Below are positions 42,879 to 45,494 of a stretch of DNA of 45,494 bases, in pieces. The notes under the pieces were generated by a model that was given only the letters and a program-made list of their open reading frames with translations, had not been told where the DNA came from and ran no database searches. A program made the translations under genes and the position numbers. How positions within the stretch are numbered: the stretch's first letter is position 1; each line of letters starts with the position of its first letter. This DNA comes from Methylophilaceae bacterium (GTDB lineage Bacteria > Pseudomonadota > Gammaproteobacteria > Burkholderiales > Methylophilaceae), in contig BJGS01000002.1 in assembly GCA_014190615.1 (NCBI GenBank), forward strand, positions 1 to 45,494, written 5' to 3'.

Positions 42879-43753
42879 TTCAAGAAGTCTCCTAAAATTT
42901 TAACTTCTCTTTCTAACTTGACACCTTTTTTGTTCAGCACTTCTGATTCAACATGATCAATAATACTTTCGATATCTTTTGCAGATGCATTACCTAAATT
43001 AATAATAAAATTGGCATGCTTATCTGAAACTTCTGCATTTCCCACTCTAAAACCTTTCAAGCCACACTCTTCAATAAGTTTCGCAGCAAATGTGTCTTTA
43101 GGGTTTCTAAACGTCGAACCCGCTGTAGGCCAACTTAGTGGCTGTGTATTTTTTCTATGATTTAAATATTCCTTAATCTTGCTCTCAGGATCAGCGTCCA
43201 TATCTTTTTTAAAATTAAACCAAGCCCCTACAAACCATTCATTTAAATTTGGTTTAATCACTTCACGATAAGAGATGCCAAACATATCCTTACTTCTTGT
43301 CACTAAATTACCTGTCTCATCAATCATATGAACTTTGGTCACGTAATTCCATGTTTCAGAGCCGTAACATCCTGAATTCATAGCCAAAGCTCCACCAACT
43401 GTGCCTGGGATGCCTGCAAAAAACTCTTCGCCTACGAAATGCTCCTTAGCCAGATGCTTTGCGATTCTTGCACATGTATTTCCTGCTTCAGCATAAACAC
43501 CCTCGTCAGTAATTTGAATTTCATTTAATGCAGCGTGCATCACAACAACTGTGCCTCGAATACCGCCATCCCTGACTAAAATATTTGAACCAAGTCCGAT
43601 GAAGGTTAAAGGTTTTACATATGTTTCTTTTTTTAAAAAATTTTTTAGATCTTCCAAATTTCTAGGTATAAATAAAATATCGGCAAAACCTCCTACGCGC
43701 CAACTATTGTATTTATTTAATGGCTCTTTTTTTAAAATTAATGCACTTGTCAT
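42875..43753 (-). CDS. murB: UDP-N-acetylenolpyruvoylglucosamine reductase
   Basis: GLGSNILVRDGG, IPGTVGGALAMN, AGSTFRNP, HANFIIN, LEREV. Confidence 0.96.
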   Translation of the reverse strand: MTSALILKKEPLNKYNSWRVGGFADILFIPRNLEDLKNFLKKETYVKPLTFIGLGSNILVRDGGIRGTVVVMHAALNEIQITDEGVYAEAGNTCARIAKHLAKEHFVGEEFFAGIPGTVGGALAMNSGCYGSETWNYVTKVHMIDETGNLVTRSKDMFGISYREVIKPNLNEWFVGAWFNFKKDMDADPESKIKEYLNHRKNTQPLSWPTAGSTFRNPKDTFAAKLIEECGLKGFRVGNAEVSDKHANFIINLGNASAKDIESIIDHVESEVLNKKGVKLEREVKILGDFLN

Positions 43754-45141
43754 GAGTTCACAATATTTAAAATATCTTTTGTCACCGTACCTACAGAACC
43801 AGCGCCCATAACTATCAAGATCGAATCTTGATCAATCTGTTGAAGCGCTTTTTTTGCTAAGTCTGTAAGCTCTTTCTCAAATGAAACTTTATGCGTTATC
43901 TTATTAATGCTATCCATCAGGGCTAATGAATTCACGCCTGGTATCACTTTTTCTCCAGCGGAATAAATATCTGTAAGAAGTACTTTGTCAGCTTTATGGA
44001 GCACTCTTACAAACTCATCAAAATAATCTCGTGTTCTCGTATAACGATGAGGCTGAAATACAAGACAGATAGATTTTTTTGGAAAAGCCTCTCTTGCAGC
44101 ATCCAAAACAGCTTCAATCTCTACAGGATGATGTCCATAATCATCTACCAAAACAAAAGGCTTAGCGTTAAAAGTTAAACCTTTATAGGTTTCGAATCTA
44201 CGTCCAACACCTTTAAAATTCTTTAACGCATCTATTGTTTTTTCAATAGGGATTTCAAGTTCATCAGCAAGCGCAATCGCTGCTAGCGCATTTCTTACAT
44301 AGTGCTTGCCTGGAAGATTTAAAGTGATATCTTTTTTCACAACATCAGAATGTTTAATAGTGACTTTAAAATGCATTTTACCAGCATCAGCAGTTACTTC
44401 TTCTGCATGAACATCTGCATCATCAGACAAACCATAAGAAATAATGGGCCTAGAAATTTCAGAAAGAATCGATTTAATAACAGGGTCATCAATACATACA
44501 ATTACCACCCCATAAAATGGCAGTCGATGTATAAATTCAATATAAGTTTTTTTAAGTTTATCAAAATCATTATCATAAGTTTCCATATGATCTTGATCGA
44601 TATTCGTCACAATGGAATAAACAGGTGTCAGGTGTAAAAATGATGCATCTGATTCATCAGCTTCCACAACAATATATTCGCCATTACCTAACTTAGCATT
44701 TGCATTCAGCGAAGATAGTCTTCCACCTATTACGTAAGTAGGGTCCATTGAAGCTTCAGCTAAAATAGATGCGATTAAACTTGTTGTAGTTGTTTTTCCA
44801 TGAGTACCTGCAACCGCAATCCCTTTTTTAAAACGCATTAATTCTGAAAGCATTTCTGCTCTTGGCATAATAGGGATTTTATTTTTAATCGCTGCTTCGA
44901 ATTCAGGATTATCTTTATCTATTGCAGATGAAATAACAATTACATCAACATTTTTAATATTGTCAGCTGAATGATTAATAAATATTTTAATGCCAAGCTC
45001 TTTAAGCCGAGAAGTGACCAGAGACTCTTGAATATCTGATCCTGAAATATGATAGCCTAAATTGTGCATAACCTCAGCAATGCCGCTCATACCTGAGCCG
45101 CCTATACCTAGAAAATGAATTCGATTAATGTTATGTTTCAT
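43750..45141 (-). CDS. murC: UDP-N-acetylmuramate--L-alanine ligase
   Basis: GIGGSGMSG, AGTHGKTTT, EADESD, DDYGHHP, FQPHRYTRT. Confidence 0.97.
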   Translation of the reverse strand: MKHNINRIHFLGIGGSGMSGIAEVMHNLGYHISGSDIQESLVTSRLKELGIKIFINHSADNIKNVDVIVISSAIDKDNPEFEAAIKNKIPIMPRAEMLSELMRFKKGIAVAGTHGKTTTTSLIASILAEASMDPTYVIGGRLSSLNANAKLGNGEYIVVEADESDASFLHLTPVYSIVTNIDQDHMETYDNDFDKLKKTYIEFIHRLPFYGVVIVCIDDPVIKSILSEISRPIISYGLSDDADVHAEEVTADAGKMHFKVTIKHSDVVKKDITLNLPGKHYVRNALAAIALADELEIPIEKTIDALKNFKGVGRRFETYKGLTFNAKPFVLVDDYGHHPVEIEAVLDAAREAFPKKSICLVFQPHRYTRTRDYFDEFVRVLHKADKVLLTDIYSAGEKVIPGVNSLALMDSINKITHKVSFEKELTDLAKKALQQIDQDSILIVMGAGSVGTVTKDILNIVNS

Positions 45142-45494
45142 TTTTTAATTAGTCGCTGACATTCTTGATAAATTACTTCTTCAGGTTTCGTCACTACATT
45201 TTCTAACGCTGCTTTTGCCATTTTTAAGCACTTATTTCTTGTGAGGCTTTGAATAAAACTACTCAAATCTTGGGACGTTAAGTCCTCTTGAATTATAAGT
45301 CTTGCAGCCTTTTTATCGCTTAAGTATTTTGCATTGTAAAACTGATGGTTATCTACAGCAAAAGGGAATGGAACAAGCAGGCTAGCAATGCCAGCTGCTG
45401 AAAATTCAGATACAGTAAGTGCTCCAGCTCTTGCAACGACAAGATCTGCCCATGCATATACTTTATCAATATCCACGAGATAAGCCCTGCAATC
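45138..45494 (-). CDS. murG: Undecaprenyl-PP-MurNAc-pentapeptide GlcNAc transferase (5'-truncated by window edge)
   Basis: YAWADLVVARAGALTVSE...LVPFPFAVDNHQFYNA; frame is open to the window end. Confidence 0.95.
   Translation of the reverse strand, partial: DCRAYLVDIDKVYAWADLVVARAGALTVSEFSAAGIASLLVPFPFAVDNHQFYNAKYLSDKKAARLIIQEDLTSQDLSSFIQSLTRNKCLKMAKAALENVVTKPEEVIYQECQRLIKK

Overview
AT-rich, very gene-dense (short or overlapping intergenic spacers) core-genome window from a streamlined betaproteobacterium. Gene content and order suggest a Methylophilaceae lineage such as Ca. Methylopumilus/OM43; this is an inference, not a database result. Contents: secD(partial)-secF-CNNM/CorC transporter, clpS-clpA, GST, pyrD, roxA-like JmjC, dapA-bamC-MBL hydrolase, rnfABCDGE-nth, secA/M23/DciA, TauE-family permease, K+-independent H+-PPase, tkt-gap-pgk-purC, rsmE, argA-argB-HAD, cca, an NDUFA9-like SDR and the 3' dcw cluster (murG partial to lpxC). 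Two real small genes are missing from the ORF track: a 40-aa Ala/Pro lipoprotein and a 57-aa DUF1289 Cys protein. No rRNA, tRNA, CRISPR array or mobile element was seen. The most notable feature is an N-acetylglutamate synthase (ArgA) carrying an in-frame N-terminal XRE helix-turn-helix domain. It heads an argA-argB operon, and pseudo-palindromic 13-bp boxes lie just upstream, so it is a candidate arginine-sensing enzyme-repressor ('trigger enzyme').
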